A stretch of 64,000 nt of DNA from Minisyncoccota bacterium (GCA_017881075.1 JADGRH010000001.1:59639-123638), one strand, 5' to 3'. Counted from the stretch's first letter, positions 1-10,512 are shown. Translations and numbers: made by a program. Notes: generated by a model from the letters alone, not told the origin.

Positions 1-3000
1 GCAACCTCATCTATATTCAGGGTGAATGCTAATGGCAACGTCGGCATCGGGACGACGACACCGGGGTATAAGTTACACGTTAAGTCGGCTAGTGATATTC
101 AATTTGCTCTCGACGTTGATAGTGGAGGTAGATACACAAGTCAATATTTTCTGAATAATGGCTCAACTCGTGCGGTTAATTTTTGGGACGAGACGAGTAA
201 TAATTTAACAATTGGAACATCGCACTCGGGCGCAGATTTGATTTTCAATCGGGGATTAAATGCTGCAGCAATGACGATTAGTGGAACTACAGGCAACGTC
301 GGCATCGGGACGACGACGCCTAGTACAAAATTGTCAGTGGCAGGTCAAGGATTCTTTGAAACTTCGACTGAAACCCCAGTGGGTTCTGGAACTCCTGGTC
401 CTGGGATAAGGATTGGGTATCTTACAAGCGGTGATTATGGATATATAACTTCAAGTAATTCTGGTGTAGCGGCTAAAAACTTGGTTTTGCAGCCTGGCGG
501 AACTGGAAATGTGGGTATCAATCAAACTGTGCCATTAGATTTGCTTCATATAGCAGGTGATAACATAGCTACGATAAGATTGCAAAACACAATCTCTGGT
601 GGAAAAACGTACCAAATCGGTTCCGCCATTTCTGGTGTAAGTAATGCAGGTTTTCAAATCTATAATGTTACCAACTCAAGAAGTGAAATGGTAATTGATA
701 CAAACGGCAACGTCGGCATCGGGACGACGGCGCCGGGTGGAAAACTAAGTGTCTCCGGCGGTGCCGCTATTGGCTCATCTTACGCTACCACTGCAGTTTC
801 GGATGGAAATCTCATAGTTTCTGGTTCTTTGGGCATCGGGACGACGACTCCTGGATCTAAACTCGACATCTGGGGAAATCTCAATGTGGCTACTGGCACC
901 ACTCCGGCACTTTTCGTGAATACGGCGACGGGGAATGTGGGAATTGGAGTTATTAATCCCGGTAAACCTTTAGATGTAACGGGAGATATTAGAGCTAGTG
1001 GAAATCTGTTGGCAGGGGGCGGCAATGCTTATCTTTTTAACGGAGGAGTTAGATTAGGAAATTCTTCTGGAGAAATTGATCTTTCTGCTAACGATATGAT
1101 TTACGGACCCAATGCCGGAACAACCAATCATATATTCAAGATCGGAGGAAATGAAATCGCTAGGATAAATTCAACAGGAATCGGCATCGGCACGACAACC
1201 CCAGGAGCAAAGCTACATGCTCTTTCCACCACCGAGCAATTAAGACTAGGATACGATGCTTCAAACTACAATTCCTTCACTGTCGGTTCGACTGGAAGTC
1301 TCACAGTCGCCGCTGTAGGAACTAATCCTAATATCACCCTTACACCTGGTGGAACGGGGTATACCATATTGAACGGCAACGTCGGCATCGGAACGACGGC
1401 GCCGGGTCAAAAACTTGATGTGGCAGGAAACATTAATGTTTCAACTAATTCTGCCTATATGTATAACGGCCTGAATGTCATCACCGCATCAACTACATTG
1501 AGTAATTATTTCTTCGGTGGTTCTGGTAACTTAACAATGACTGGAAACGCCAACACCGCCAGTGGTTATCAGGCGCTCTATAGCAACACCACTGGAACCA
1601 CCAACACCGCCAGTGGTTTTCGTGCGCTCTATAGCAACACCACTGGAACCTACAACACCGCCAGTGGTATTAATGCGCTCTATAGCAACACCACTGGAAC
1701 CCGCAACACCGCCAATGGTCTTGGAGCGCTCTATAGCAACACCACTGGAGGCAATAATGCGGGATATGGTATCAACTCTGGCTACGGCCTCACCACTGGG
1801 AACAATAACACCTTAATCGGACCTTCTGATTCTGTGGTCGCTTCATACAATCAGGTTACTACTGGCTCTAACAACATTTCAATCGGCAACAATGTCGCCG
1901 TGGCCAGCCCAACGGCAAGTAATCAATTGAACATTGGTAATCTTATCTATGGTACAGGCTTGAATGGCACGGGAGCGACGATAAGTGGCGGCAACGTCGG
2001 CATTGGGACGATTGCCCCAGACAAAAAACTCGAAGTCAATTTAGGAACATCAGATGCTCTCCGACTCACTTACAACGACTCTGATGGAAGTGCGGCTAAC
2101 TATACGGATTTCAATGTTTCTTCCGTCGGAAGTTTGACCATTGCTCCCACAGGAACTAATCCTAATATTACTCTCACCCCAGGAGGAACGGGGTATACCA
2201 TATTGAACGGCAATGTTGGGATTGGGACGAGCACGCCGACGTTGCCATTGGTTGTTAACGGCAAAATTATGAGCTATGGGAACAGTACTAACCAGATTAC
2301 TATGTCACCGGCGGGCAATGGCGTAGACAGTTACGCTCATTTGCAAATATTCAACACCGCAGGGTATGGTCAGGGCTATTTGGATTTTTATACCTATCCC
2401 GGCCAGGGTCTGGGTACACCTACGGTAAGATGGCGGGGCGTTGACCTCGGCAGCTACACCGGTGGCCACGTATTCTCGGCTTCCGCCGCCTCGCAGAACG
2501 GCGCTTCCACGGATGTCTTATTCGTTGGAAATACCGGAGCTACTGGCGTACTTACTAATCATTTTGGCGTAGGTGTGTTAACTAACGCGCCAGTATCGGC
2601 GTTGGATGTTAACGGCGGGGTAAGCATCGGTTCATACGCCGCTGTTAACGCGGCCCCGAGCAACGGGTTAATTGTCAGTGGCAACGTCGGCATCGGGACG
2701 ACGACACCAGGATTTAATCTTCAGGTTGCAGGTACTGGAGTTTCAGCGGCATTTGGGGCGGCGGCAAATAATAACGGAGCGGGGGTTGCTTTCTTGGGGT
2801 CAAGCACTGGCAAAAATTTCTTTATCGGTAATCAATATAATATAGGTGGCGCTTTGGAGATTACGCCATCGACTGCCAATGGCGGTTCCACTTTCACGAC
2901 GCCTGTTGTCACAATTTTAAGCACCGGCAACGTCGGCATCGGGACGACGGCGCCAGGCACCAAACTGGAAGTGGTTGGTACGGCTTCTTCTACTGGTTTG

Positions 3001-6000
3001 CAGGTTAATGGCAACGGAGCAATCACAGGAACGATAAGTGCACCAACTTTTGTAGCTACCACAAACAATATCGCGTTCCTTTCACTAAAATCACTTTCTT
3101 CTACAATTGGAGTGGGAGTTACAAATGGAGATGTTCTTTCATTTGACTGGGGCGGAATATATCCAAAGGGGTATCAATTCAGAACATCGGCGACACAGGG
3201 GATTAATATAGATAGTTCAGGCAACGTCGGCATCGGGACGACGGCGCCAGGGGCATCTTTGCAAGTTGCTGGCACTGGTATATGGTCTAGCGTTTACGGT
3301 TTTTCTGCCGGTGGGAACGCGCCACTTGCAGTTGGCACAGCAGTACTTCGTACGGGTAATGACTTCCGTATTCAGGACGATGGTAGTTTTAAAATAAATC
3401 AAAGTGGCGCGGCGGCATTCCTGACAATATTAAACACCGGCAACGTCGGCATCGGCACGACGGCACCTAGGGAAAAACTTGATGTTGCGGGAAATATCAC
3501 CACGGATTGGGCAGACCGCTTCATTGGAACTGAATATCAAGATGGCTCTACTTACAGAATGGGTATGAAAGTAGTTACTTCAGATAGAGATTTGCAGATA
3601 ATTAACAAGAGCGCAGGAGAGAATTTTTCGGGAATTTCCTTTCATACGGGGACTGGTCCAACGGAGCGTATGAGAATTGATAAGGGCGGCAACGTCGGCA
3701 TCGGGACGACGAATCCTGGAAACAAGTTAGTTGTGAGCGGAGCCGGTTATACTTATGCAGAGGTAGATGCAAGTTCGAGCAGCGGAACATATTCCGGAGG
3801 TTATCGTGCATATAATGATGTCGGGGCACAGGTATTATTGGATATTTATGCCAGCTCCAGTGTGGGCACATATCTAGGCCAGCCTCTTTCTAATCTTGTA
3901 AGGTTAACGGATTATAGCGGTTCAAGCGGTATTGCCATAGGCACATACACAAATACTCCGCTCACGTTAGGCACCAATAATTCGGCAAGGTTGGTAATCA
4001 ATGGTGCAGGCAACGTCGGCATCGGGACGACGGCACCGAGTGCGAAGTTACAAGTAAATGTAGCCAGTGGGTATGCAAATACTTGGTGGTCAAATGATAG
4101 TGTAACTACTCCATTTAGCGCTATTTACGGAGCTCACGTTGTTGGGTCATTCGGTCAAAATTATTCAACGGGTGGAGGTGCTGATTTTGCTGGATTTAGT
4201 CACGCAAATAACGAAGTCGGGGTGGAATTTGACGGATATGTAGGGGGAACTAGTCCTACAGCACCTGCACTTTTATTGGCAGGTTGGAAGTCTAATGGCA
4301 CTACGGGTGCTTCGGCGATGAGTGGAACAGATATTATTGCGCAGATTGCGGCTGGTGCGTCTCCTGTTGTGACAGTTCAAGCAAACGGCAACGTCGGCAT
4401 CGGGACGACGTCACCTGTCTCAAAATTAGATGTCTCAGTAACTTCACCAGGGTCAACAAACTTTGGTTTAAGTGTGCGGGATTCTACCGTAACCCCAACG
4501 TATGCCAGTAATGCAGATAATCTTTTAACTGTAAGAGGGGCAGGCAGTTCGGTAACTACTTGGAAAGGAAGAATTACTGCAGGTGGAGATAATGTGGAAT
4601 TTCTTATGGGTGAATACAATTCTCTTGCTTGGTTAGGAGCGCATAATGCCGCCCTCAATGCTTGGACTAACATATATATTAACCCTGATGGTGGGTCAAA
4701 TGCATACATTGGAGATTCAGGTGGTGGAGTTAACAATATCCCAGTTCCGATTCTTGCGGTAATTAACAGCACCGGCAACGTCGGTATCGGGACGACGGCG
4801 CCAGATGTAAATCTAGCAATTGGTTCACAGTTACTTGGTGCGCAAGGATTAAGCGGAGCCGTCTTAAACCTTGGTGGTAGTTCCTCTCAAATGCCAGGCA
4901 TAAATATTGGGCAAGACGCTACTCACGCCATAGAGTTTTATTGGATAGGCAATGCGACACCTGGAAGTGCGACTGCTGCGTTGGAAACCTCTGGCTACTT
5001 AAATCCATTTGCTATTAACGGTTCAAAAACAACCATACAAAGTGCGGCTGGAAATGTGATATTGGCGACAGGTGGTGGCAACGTCGGCATCGGGACGACG
5101 GCACCGGGTGGAAAACTAAGCGTGTCCGGCGGTGCAGCTATTGGCTCATCTTACGCTACCACCGCAGTTTCGGATGGAAATCTCATAGTTTCTGGTTCTT
5201 TGGGCATCGGGACGACGGCGCCGGGGTCAAAGATTCAGGCTGTAGGAGGATATATATCAACTTTTGATAACACTGGATACGGACCTGCATTTATGCAAGG
5301 CGCAAGTGGTGTTTCATATTTCGGCAACACCGGGACTTCAAGAATTGCTTTCGGGAACAATACTAATTATGAAAGGATGACGATTTTAGATAACGGCAAC
5401 GTCGGCATCGGGACGACTACTCCGGGTTTTCTTCTCACTGTTGCTGGCACTTCCAACATCACCGGAGCGGCGATATTCGGATCGACTCTAGGAGTTACTG
5501 GTGCAACAACTCTTTCTTCAACTTTGGGCGTCACCGGCCAAACAACTCTGGCGAATGCTTCATCAACGAATCTCACCGTCTCCACTAATTCATATCTTGG
5601 AACTGTGCAGTCAGGAACTTGGAATGGAACGACCATTGCTGTAGCAAACGGAGGCACTGGCCAAACCACATACACTAATGGCCAACTCCTGATTGGTAAC
5701 ACTACCGGCAATACTCTTACAAAAGCAGCTTTGACAGGCACTACAAATCAAGTAGTAGTGACAAATAGCACAGGTTCAATCACTCTTTCCACTCCGCAGG
5801 ATATTGCTACGGCCTCCACTCCAACCTTCGCCTCAACCACTCTTTCAAACTTTACTCTAGGATCCATCCCATTCTTCGGCAGTAGTGGAAAACTGGGTCA
5901 AAACAATGCCAACTTTTTCTGGGATGGTACCAATAACAGATTAGGGATTGGGACATCTACTCCCGATACGCTCCTTACCGTTGCAGGAAACGGAAGATTC

Positions 6001-9000
6001 ACCGGCACCCTCTCCGCTTCAAATCTCTCCGGCACCAACACTGGCGATGTAACTCTAGGAGCAATTGCTGCTACTCCAAACGCAAACGGAGCTTCTCTTT
6101 CCGGGCAAGTCTTAACTTTGCAGCCAGCCTCGACTTCCTTTGGCGGTGTCGTTACAACCGGAACTCAATCGTTTACAGGAGATAAGACCTTTACATCAAA
6201 CTCACTCGCAGCTTTACAAGTTACGGGGAGTAACACAGGAAGAACCTCTATCACTGTTCAAAATACGAACGCATCAGGTAATGCATCATTCTACTTTCAA
6301 AATGATAGAGGTAGCTTCAATTCATACGGAGGCCTTTTGACAGGAGGTTCGTCAGATGTAGGAGGTACTTTATTTGGGCTTGCTCGTGCGGACAGAACCT
6401 TCTTGATAAATGATGGTACTAATGCTCTAGGACTTGCTCTTGGTACTTTGACAGCACAGCCATTGACACTAGGAACGAATAATTTGGCACGGGTCACAAT
6501 TCTAAGTGGTGGTAATGTCGGAATTGGAACGACAGCACCGACCAGCACACTTGAATTATATAGAGGCGATAACAATATCGGGCCAACTCTTACTTTGAAT
6601 AATCCTACTGGAAATGCAGGCACCGCCGGATCAGCAATAGACTTTCTCGGTTATAGCGGAGCGAGCCAGCCGGTTACTAATAGGATTAAAACCATCGACG
6701 ATGGAGCTTATGGCTATCATTTAGCATTTCTCACCAAAGCGGATTCTTCGGGAGGAGCACTTTTTGAAGCAATGAGGATACAAGGAGGCACGGGCAATGT
6801 TGGGATCGCCACCACCACTCCGGGCTTTCCACTTACAGTGACAGGCGCTTCTAATTTCACCGGCGCCCTCAACTTTAACGGCGCCGCTGGATCTTCCGGA
6901 AACATCCTCCAATCAAACGGATCGGGAAGCGCTCCAAGCTGGGTATCAACCACCACACTCGGTACCATTGCGGTAAACCAAGGCGGCACCGGCCAAACTA
7001 CTTATACAAACGGCCAGCTCTTGATCGGAAACACCACCGGAAATACATTAACAAAAGCAACTCTCACGGGCACCGCTAACCAAGTGAATGTTACGAATGG
7101 TGCTGGTTCAATTACCCTTTCTACTCCTCAAAATATTGGTACCACATCCTCTCCCACATTTAACTCTCTCAATATCGCTAATGGATCAACATATAGCGGT
7201 TGGATAGGTAATTTCGGGCTAGGCTCTGACTGGGTTGGATTTACCGCAGATGGAGCGCAAAGTGCTTCAAAGTATGCATTCGAAGCAACGGCATCATATG
7301 GTGAAACTGTTTTTAATGCTAACGGTGGGGGGACATTGCCCTTCATTGATTTTCGATTTTCCAACGGGGGTGTTGAACCTATTACCAGAATATATGGGTC
7401 TGGCGGGCTCTATTTTGGTAGTGTGGCTGGTGCTGCTGACCCCGGTTTACAGAACCTCTCTATCTTTTCTGGAAAACTTGGTGTTGGGGTTCTAACCGCT
7501 TCTGCCAAAATCCACGCCCTTTCCACCACCGAGCAATTAAGACTAGGCTACGATGCTTCCAACTACAATTCCTTTACTGTCGGTTCAACTGGAAGTCTCA
7601 CAGTCGCCGCTGTAGGAACTAATCCTAATATTACCCTCACGCCGGGCGGAACTGGGTATACCATATTGAACGGCAACGTCGGCATCGGGACGACGACGCC
7701 AGGGGCAAAGTTGAGTGTCAAAGGTGGTGGTACTACAACAGGTCTTAACTTCCAAACTACAAACTCTAATAACCTACCTTTGGTCACAATATTAGACTCC
7801 GGCAACGTCGGCATCGGGACGACGACGCCGGGGAATAAACTCCAGATAAATGCTGCTCTTGCCACTGCTTCTGAATCTTTGCTTCGTCTGTCTGGAGGGT
7901 CAACGGGATTTGCCGGGACCAATGATGCAGGCACTGCGTATTCTCTTGTGTTCGATGGTACTGCATATAGTGTTGGTACTGGAGTTGTGCAACGTGATGG
8001 TGCAAAGATTGAGATGGCAAAAGAGGCATCGTGGAACGAAGCCGGTGGTGGCGGCGGTCCGCTTGGAGCATTATTGTTCTACACGAGTGCAGGTTCAATT
8101 GCATCTCCGAAGCTAACGGAAAAAATGAGAATAACAAGTCTCGGCAACGTCGGTATCGGGACGACGGCGCCGGATTCGAAGTTAACTATTTCATCAAATA
8201 CCGCAACCTTACCGTCTGGGGCAGCCACACTTCGTATTGCTGAAGCCGATACCGTGCAGACTAGCGCGGTTATAGACGCTTTTGCTACTAACGGGCTTTT
8301 TAACTTTCGACGGGCCGACACTACGGCGGCAAGCCCCTCGGCGGTCCAGTCTGGTGAAAATTTGGGCGTGTTCGGCGCCGCTGGCTACGGAACCAGTGCT
8401 TATTCCGGCACCCGCGCCCGCGTTGGATTTTTTGCCGATGAGACTTGGACGAATACTGCTAATGGAACATCCATTCGCTTTAGCACTACGCTCAATGGCG
8501 CCGCCACAGCGGGAGGCACGGAACGCATGAGAATAGATAACGCCGGCAATGTCGGAATTGGCACCTCCACCCCGGACCAAGCTCTAGTTGTATCAGGTAC
8601 GGCAAGAGCTACCAACTTACTCGGAGGTGCCACAACTCTTTCAACCGATGCTTCAGGTAACATTATTCGTACTCCATCAGACATTAGTCTCAAGGAAAAC
8701 ATCCAAAATATCGATAGCGCTGATGCTCTAAGCCAGGTTCTAGCCCTTCAAGGAGTAACCTATTTCTGGAAGGACAAGGCGAGATTTGGCACTGCCCAAG
8801 AAATTGGCTTCATCGCCCAGCAAGTCGAACCGATTGTCCCCCAAGTAGTTAAAAGCGGAGGAGCCTACAAATCCCTTAACTATGGTAACTTAACAGCCGT
8901 CCTTGCCAGCGCCATTCAAGAGCAACAAAAACAGATTACAGCCAATGCTTCAACGACGCGGGCCAATGCCTCAAGCACCGCCTCCGCTCTTTCTTCACTG

Positions 9001-9606
9001 GATCTTAGAGTAAGTACCTTAGAGAACCTGGGACCCCAAAGAGGGGGTGGAGGAGTCAGCACTGGAATCTTTGAAGATCTCCTTTCAACACTACAATCCT
9101 TTGGCACCGAAATCGTTGACGGAGTTTCTTATATGAAGAACTTCCTTGCTGAACATCTCACTACCCAGAACTTGACTATAAAAGGCAAAGATATTACGAA
9201 GACAGGATTCACTATTTATGATCGGGCTACCGGCGATCCTATCTGCGTCTATTTTGAGAACGGGATCCAAAAGACTTCCCCAGGCGAGTGTCCCGACAGC
9301 ACAGCTACTTCAACTCCTCCAACAGACACTACCTCCATTGTCTCAGACAACAACCCCCCAATAGATCCCCTCACCGGATCCAGCACTCCTCCGATCTCCG
9401 ATATCGGATCAAATCCTCCTCCAGACCAACCCCCTCCAACACCACCACCCGCCGACCCCACTCCGCCCTCCGATCCCACCTCCTTGATAGCGCCGAGCGC
9501 CCCAACATCACCACCAGCCCCTGATACGTCAGGATCGAATCCTTCTGATTCGACGTCCGCTCCCGCTGATCCGGGCTCGGCTCCTTCCAATGGGGGAGGC
9601 AATTAG
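1..9606 (+). CDS. Giant repetitive surface/fibre-like protein (5'-truncated at window edge; >3194 aa) with C-terminal phage tail-spike-type intramolecular chaperone (peptidase S74-like) domain and Pro/Thr-rich tail
   Basis: Frame 1 is open from nt 1 with no upstream stop, and the ORF-track start at 22 is GTG. The motif GNVGIGTT(T/A)PGxKL recurs about 18 times. Near the C-terminus, 'SDISLKENIQNI...LQGVTYFWKD...IGFIAQQVEPIVPQVV...YGNLTAVLASAIQEQQ' fits the chaperone-of-endosialidase / S74 consensus. The last ~100 aa are P/T/S-rich low complexity. Stop is TAG at 9604-9606. Confidence 0.8.
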   Translation, partial: ATSSIFRVNANGNVGIGTTTPGYKLHVKSASDIQFALDVDSGGRYTSQYFLNNGSTRAVNFWDETSNNLTIGTSHSGADLIFNRGLNAAAMTISGTTGNVGIGTTTPSTKLSVAGQGFFETSTETPVGSGTPGPGIRIGYLTSGDYGYITSSNSGVAAKNLVLQPGGTGNVGINQTVPLDLLHIAGDNIATIRLQNTISGGKTYQIGSAISGVSNAGFQIYNVTNSRSEMVIDTNGNVGIGTTAPGGKLSVSGGAAIGSSYATTAVSDGNLIVSGSLGIGTTTPGSKLDIWGNLNVATGTTPALFVNTATGNVGIGVINPGKPLDVTGDIRASGNLLAGGGNAYLFNGGVRLGNSSGEIDLSANDMIYGPNAGTTNHIFKIGGNEIARINSTGIGIGTTTPGAKLHALSTTEQLRLGYDASNYNSFTVGSTGSLTVAAVGTNPNITLTPGGTGYTILNGNVGIGTTAPGQKLDVAGNINVSTNSAYMYNGLNVITASTTLSNYFFGGSGNLTMTGNANTASGYQALYSNTTGTTNTASGFRALYSNTTGTYNTASGINALYSNTTGTRNTANGLGALYSNTTGGNNAGYGINSGYGLTTGNNNTLIGPSDSVVASYNQVTTGSNNISIGNNVAVASPTASNQLNIGNLIYGTGLNGTGATISGGNVGIGTIAPDKKLEVNLGTSDALRLTYNDSDGSAANYTDFNVSSVGSLTIAPTGTNPNITLTPGGTGYTILNGNVGIGTSTPTLPLVVNGKIMSYGNSTNQITMSPAGNGVDSYAHLQIFNTAGYGQGYLDFYTYPGQGLGTPTVRWRGVDLGSYTGGHVFSASAASQNGASTDVLFVGNTGATGVLTNHFGVGVLTNAPVSALDVNGGVSIGSYAAVNAAPSNGLIVSGNVGIGTTTPGFNLQVAGTGVSAAFGAAANNNGAGVAFLGSSTGKNFFIGNQYNIGGALEITPSTANGGSTFTTPVVTILSTGNVGIGTTAPGTKLEVVGTASSTGLQVNGNGAITGTISAPTFVATTNNIAFLSLKSLSSTIGVGVTNGDVLSFDWGGIYPKGYQFRTSATQGINIDSSGNVGIGTTAPGASLQVAGTGIWSSVYGFSAGGNAPLAVGTAVLRTGNDFRIQDDGSFKINQSGAAAFLTILNTGNVGIGTTAPREKLDVAGNITTDWADRFIGTEYQDGSTYRMGMKVVTSDRDLQIINKSAGENFSGISFHTGTGPTERMRIDKGGNVGIGTTNPGNKLVVSGAGYTYAEVDASSSSGTYSGGYRAYNDVGAQVLLDIYASSSVGTYLGQPLSNLVRLTDYSGSSGIAIGTYTNTPLTLGTNNSARLVINGAGNVGIGTTAPSAKLQVNVASGYANTWWSNDSVTTPFSAIYGAHVVGSFGQNYSTGGGADFAGFSHANNEVGVEFDGYVGGTSPTAPALLLAGWKSNGTTGASAMSGTDIIAQIAAGASPVVTVQANGNVGIGTTSPVSKLDVSVTSPGSTNFGLSVRDSTVTPTYASNADNLLTVRGAGSSVTTWKGRITAGGDNVEFLMGEYNSLAWLGAHNAALNAWTNIYINPDGGSNAYIGDSGGGVNNIPVPILAVINSTGNVGIGTTAPDVNLAIGSQLLGAQGLSGAVLNLGGSSSQMPGINIGQDATHAIEFYWIGNATPGSATAALETSGYLNPFAINGSKTTIQSAAGNVILATGGGNVGIGTTAPGGKLSVSGGAAIGSSYATTAVSDGNLIVSGSLGIGTTAPGSKIQAVGGYISTFDNTGYGPAFMQGASGVSYFGNTGTSRIAFGNNTNYERMTILDNGNVGIGTTTPGFLLTVAGTSNITGAAIFGSTLGVTGATTLSSTLGVTGQTTLANASSTNLTVSTNSYLGTVQSGTWNGTTIAVANGGTGQTTYTNGQLLIGNTTGNTLTKAALTGTTNQVVVTNSTGSITLSTPQDIATASTPTFASTTLSNFTLGSIPFFGSSGKLGQNNANFFWDGTNNRLGIGTSTPDTLLTVAGNGRFTGTLSASNLSGTNTGDVTLGAIAATPNANGASLSGQVLTLQPASTSFGGVVTTGTQSFTGDKTFTSNSLAALQVTGSNTGRTSITVQNTNASGNASFYFQNDRGSFNSYGGLLTGGSSDVGGTLFGLARADRTFLINDGTNALGLALGTLTAQPLTLGTNNLARVTILSGGNVGIGTTAPTSTLELYRGDNNIGPTLTLNNPTGNAGTAGSAIDFLGYSGASQPVTNRIKTIDDGAYGYHLAFLTKADSSGGALFEAMRIQGGTGNVGIATTTPGFPLTVTGASNFTGALNFNGAAGSSGNILQSNGSGSAPSWVSTTTLGTIAVNQGGTGQTTYTNGQLLIGNTTGNTLTKATLTGTANQVNVTNGAGSITLSTPQNIGTTSSPTFNSLNIANGSTYSGWIGNFGLGSDWVGFTADGAQSASKYAFEATASYGETVFNANGGGTLPFIDFRFSNGGVEPITRIYGSGGLYFGSVAGAADPGLQNLSIFSGKLGVGVLTASAKIHALSTTEQLRLGYDASNYNSFTVGSTGSLTVAAVGTNPNITLTPGGTGYTILNGNVGIGTTTPGAKLSVKGGGTTTGLNFQTTNSNNLPLVTILDSGNVGIGTTTPGNKLQINAALATASESLLRLSGGSTGFAGTNDAGTAYSLVFDGTAYSVGTGVVQRDGAKIEMAKEASWNEAGGGGGPLGALLFYTSAGSIASPKLTEKMRITSLGNVGIGTTAPDSKLTISSNTATLPSGAATLRIAEADTVQTSAVIDAFATNGLFNFRRADTTAASPSAVQSGENLGVFGAAGYGTSAYSGTRARVGFFADETWTNTANGTSIRFSTTLNGAATAGGTERMRIDNAGNVGIGTSTPDQALVVSGTARATNLLGGATTLSTDASGNIIRTPSDISLKENIQNIDSADALSQVLALQGVTYFWKDKARFGTAQEIGFIAQQVEPIVPQVVKSGGAYKSLNYGNLTAVLASAIQEQQKQITANASTTRANASSTASALSSLDLRVSTLENLGPQRGGGGVSTGIFEDLLSTLQSFGTEIVDGVSYMKNFLAEHLTTQNLTIKGKDITKTGFTIYDRATGDPICVYFENGIQKTSPGECPDSTATSTPPTDTTSIVSDNNPPIDPLTGSSTPPISDIGSNPPPDQPPPTPPPADPTPPSDPTSLIAPSAPTSPPAPDTSGSNPSDSTSAPADPGSAPSNGGGN
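1561..1800 (+). repeat. In-frame tandem repeat of a ~60-nt unit (about 4 copies), encoding NTASG(Y/F/I)xALYSNTTGTxNTASG, inside the giant gene
   Basis: 'caccgccagtggt...gcgctctatagcaacaccactggaacc' is visibly repeated at 1553-1612, 1613-1672, 1673-1732 and 1733-1790. Confidence 0.8.
9391..9412. repeat. REP-type palindrome TCCGATATCGGA (family 1), embedded in the 3' coding region of the giant gene (encodes PISDIGS)
   Basis: Perfect 12-nt palindrome tccgatatcgga preceded by the partial duplicate tccgatc. The same core recurs at 10438-10449 and 10520-10531. Confidence 0.7.
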
Positions 9607-9736
9607 GGGTTAATCCCTGGTGGAATATCCATAAGAGGTTAAACCTCTTATGAGCTTAGATCATGATTACTCACATTCTCATTAAAATTTCCATTAGTTT
9701 ACACGGTCTAGTGATGAAATATCGCTTCTTATTGCG

Positions 9737-9762
9737 TTAATCTACGCTCCGATCTCCGATGT
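9737..9762. repeat. REP-type near-palindrome (tccgatgtcgga variant of family 1) overlapping the 3' end of the RAYT gene
   Basis: 'gctccgatctccgatgtcggatcgaattc' has the same core as the other family-1 copies with a central 2-nt change. It encodes the RAYT C-terminus ...PTSEIGA. Confidence 0.6.
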
Positions 9763-10428
9763 CGGATCGAATTCATCAAATGTTTTGGCAGGACTTGTGT
9801 CTACAAAATGCTTGTACTCTTCTTTGTTTTTAAATTGGTCAAGAATGAGATCTGTTTTTAGAAGTTCACCCCATCGATTTTCTCCAATATAGTCTTGATA
9901 ACTTGACCAAGGGTAAAAATGCTCCTTGTCCTTCCACCCCGGCAATTCTCGTGCGTTTCTATGAATATAAGCGGAAAGGTGAAGCAACTGAGTATTGTCT
10001 GCAATCAGGACACTCTTGAAAGCTCCCTGAAATAGGTGCCCGATATGAAGATCTTTATATTTTTCATTATTATATTTTGTAGCGGAGATTATAATTCTTT
10101 GTAAATATTTTGATAAAGCTCCATCTTTTTTCCCTGTCGCACTTAGATGAAAGTGATTTGGCATTAAGCCGAATGAGTGAAGCTCCACAGTACGCGAGGC
10201 GACGATCTCCGAAATGATTTTCTTGCTGACCTGGAATTTCCTATGCTTCTCAAAGTATTTTACATATTGAGATAGGTGGCTAAACTTAATCGGAGACTGG
10301 AAAAATAGTATAGTAAAAAGAAAGCGAATATAATCGCGATTATCGTGGAAAATAATTTGCTTATTATTGCCTCTGCTAAGGAGATGAAATACTTCACCCG
10401 CGGCCAAGTTGTCTTTTCTATATGGCAT
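9742..10428 (-). CDS. REP-associated tyrosine transposase (RAYT; IS200/IS605-like HUH transposase)
   Basis: HUH motif 'LMPNHFHL', size about 228 aa, conserved Tyr-containing C-terminal region, flanked on both sides by family-1 REP palindromes. Confidence 0.75.
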   Translation of the reverse strand: MPYRKDNLAAGEVFHLLSRGNNKQIIFHDNRDYIRFLFTILFFQSPIKFSHLSQYVKYFEKHRKFQVSKKIISEIVASRTVELHSFGLMPNHFHLSATGKKDGALSKYLQRIIISATKYNNEKYKDLHIGHLFQGAFKSVLIADNTQLLHLSAYIHRNARELPGWKDKEHFYPWSSYQDYIGENRWGELLKTDLILDQFKNKEEYKHFVDTSPAKTFDEFDPTSEIGA

Positions 10429-10458
10429 TATCTTCCGATCTCCGATATCGGAAGATTT
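10429..10458. repeat. REP hairpin (family 1): atcttccgat-ctccgat-atcggaagat
   Basis: 10-bp inverted repeat arms atcttccgat/atcggaagat enclosing the tccgatatcgga core, immediately 5' of the RAYT start. Confidence 0.7.
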
Positions 10459-10512
10459 AGTATAATAATAGCAGATGAAATATCCTTAAAGATTTTATGA
10501 AAATTTCTTTTT

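Noticed and set aside
780-9602. Numerous 60-130-aa ORFs on the minus strand and in alternate frames inside the giant gene (for example 780..1025, 4377..4778, 5367..5741, 7563..7934, 9249..9602)
   Set aside because: They lie antisense or out of frame within a continuous 9.6-kb frame that has a strong repeat structure. Their Pro/Val-rich translations are the usual artefact of a Gly-rich GGN-periodic coding strand.
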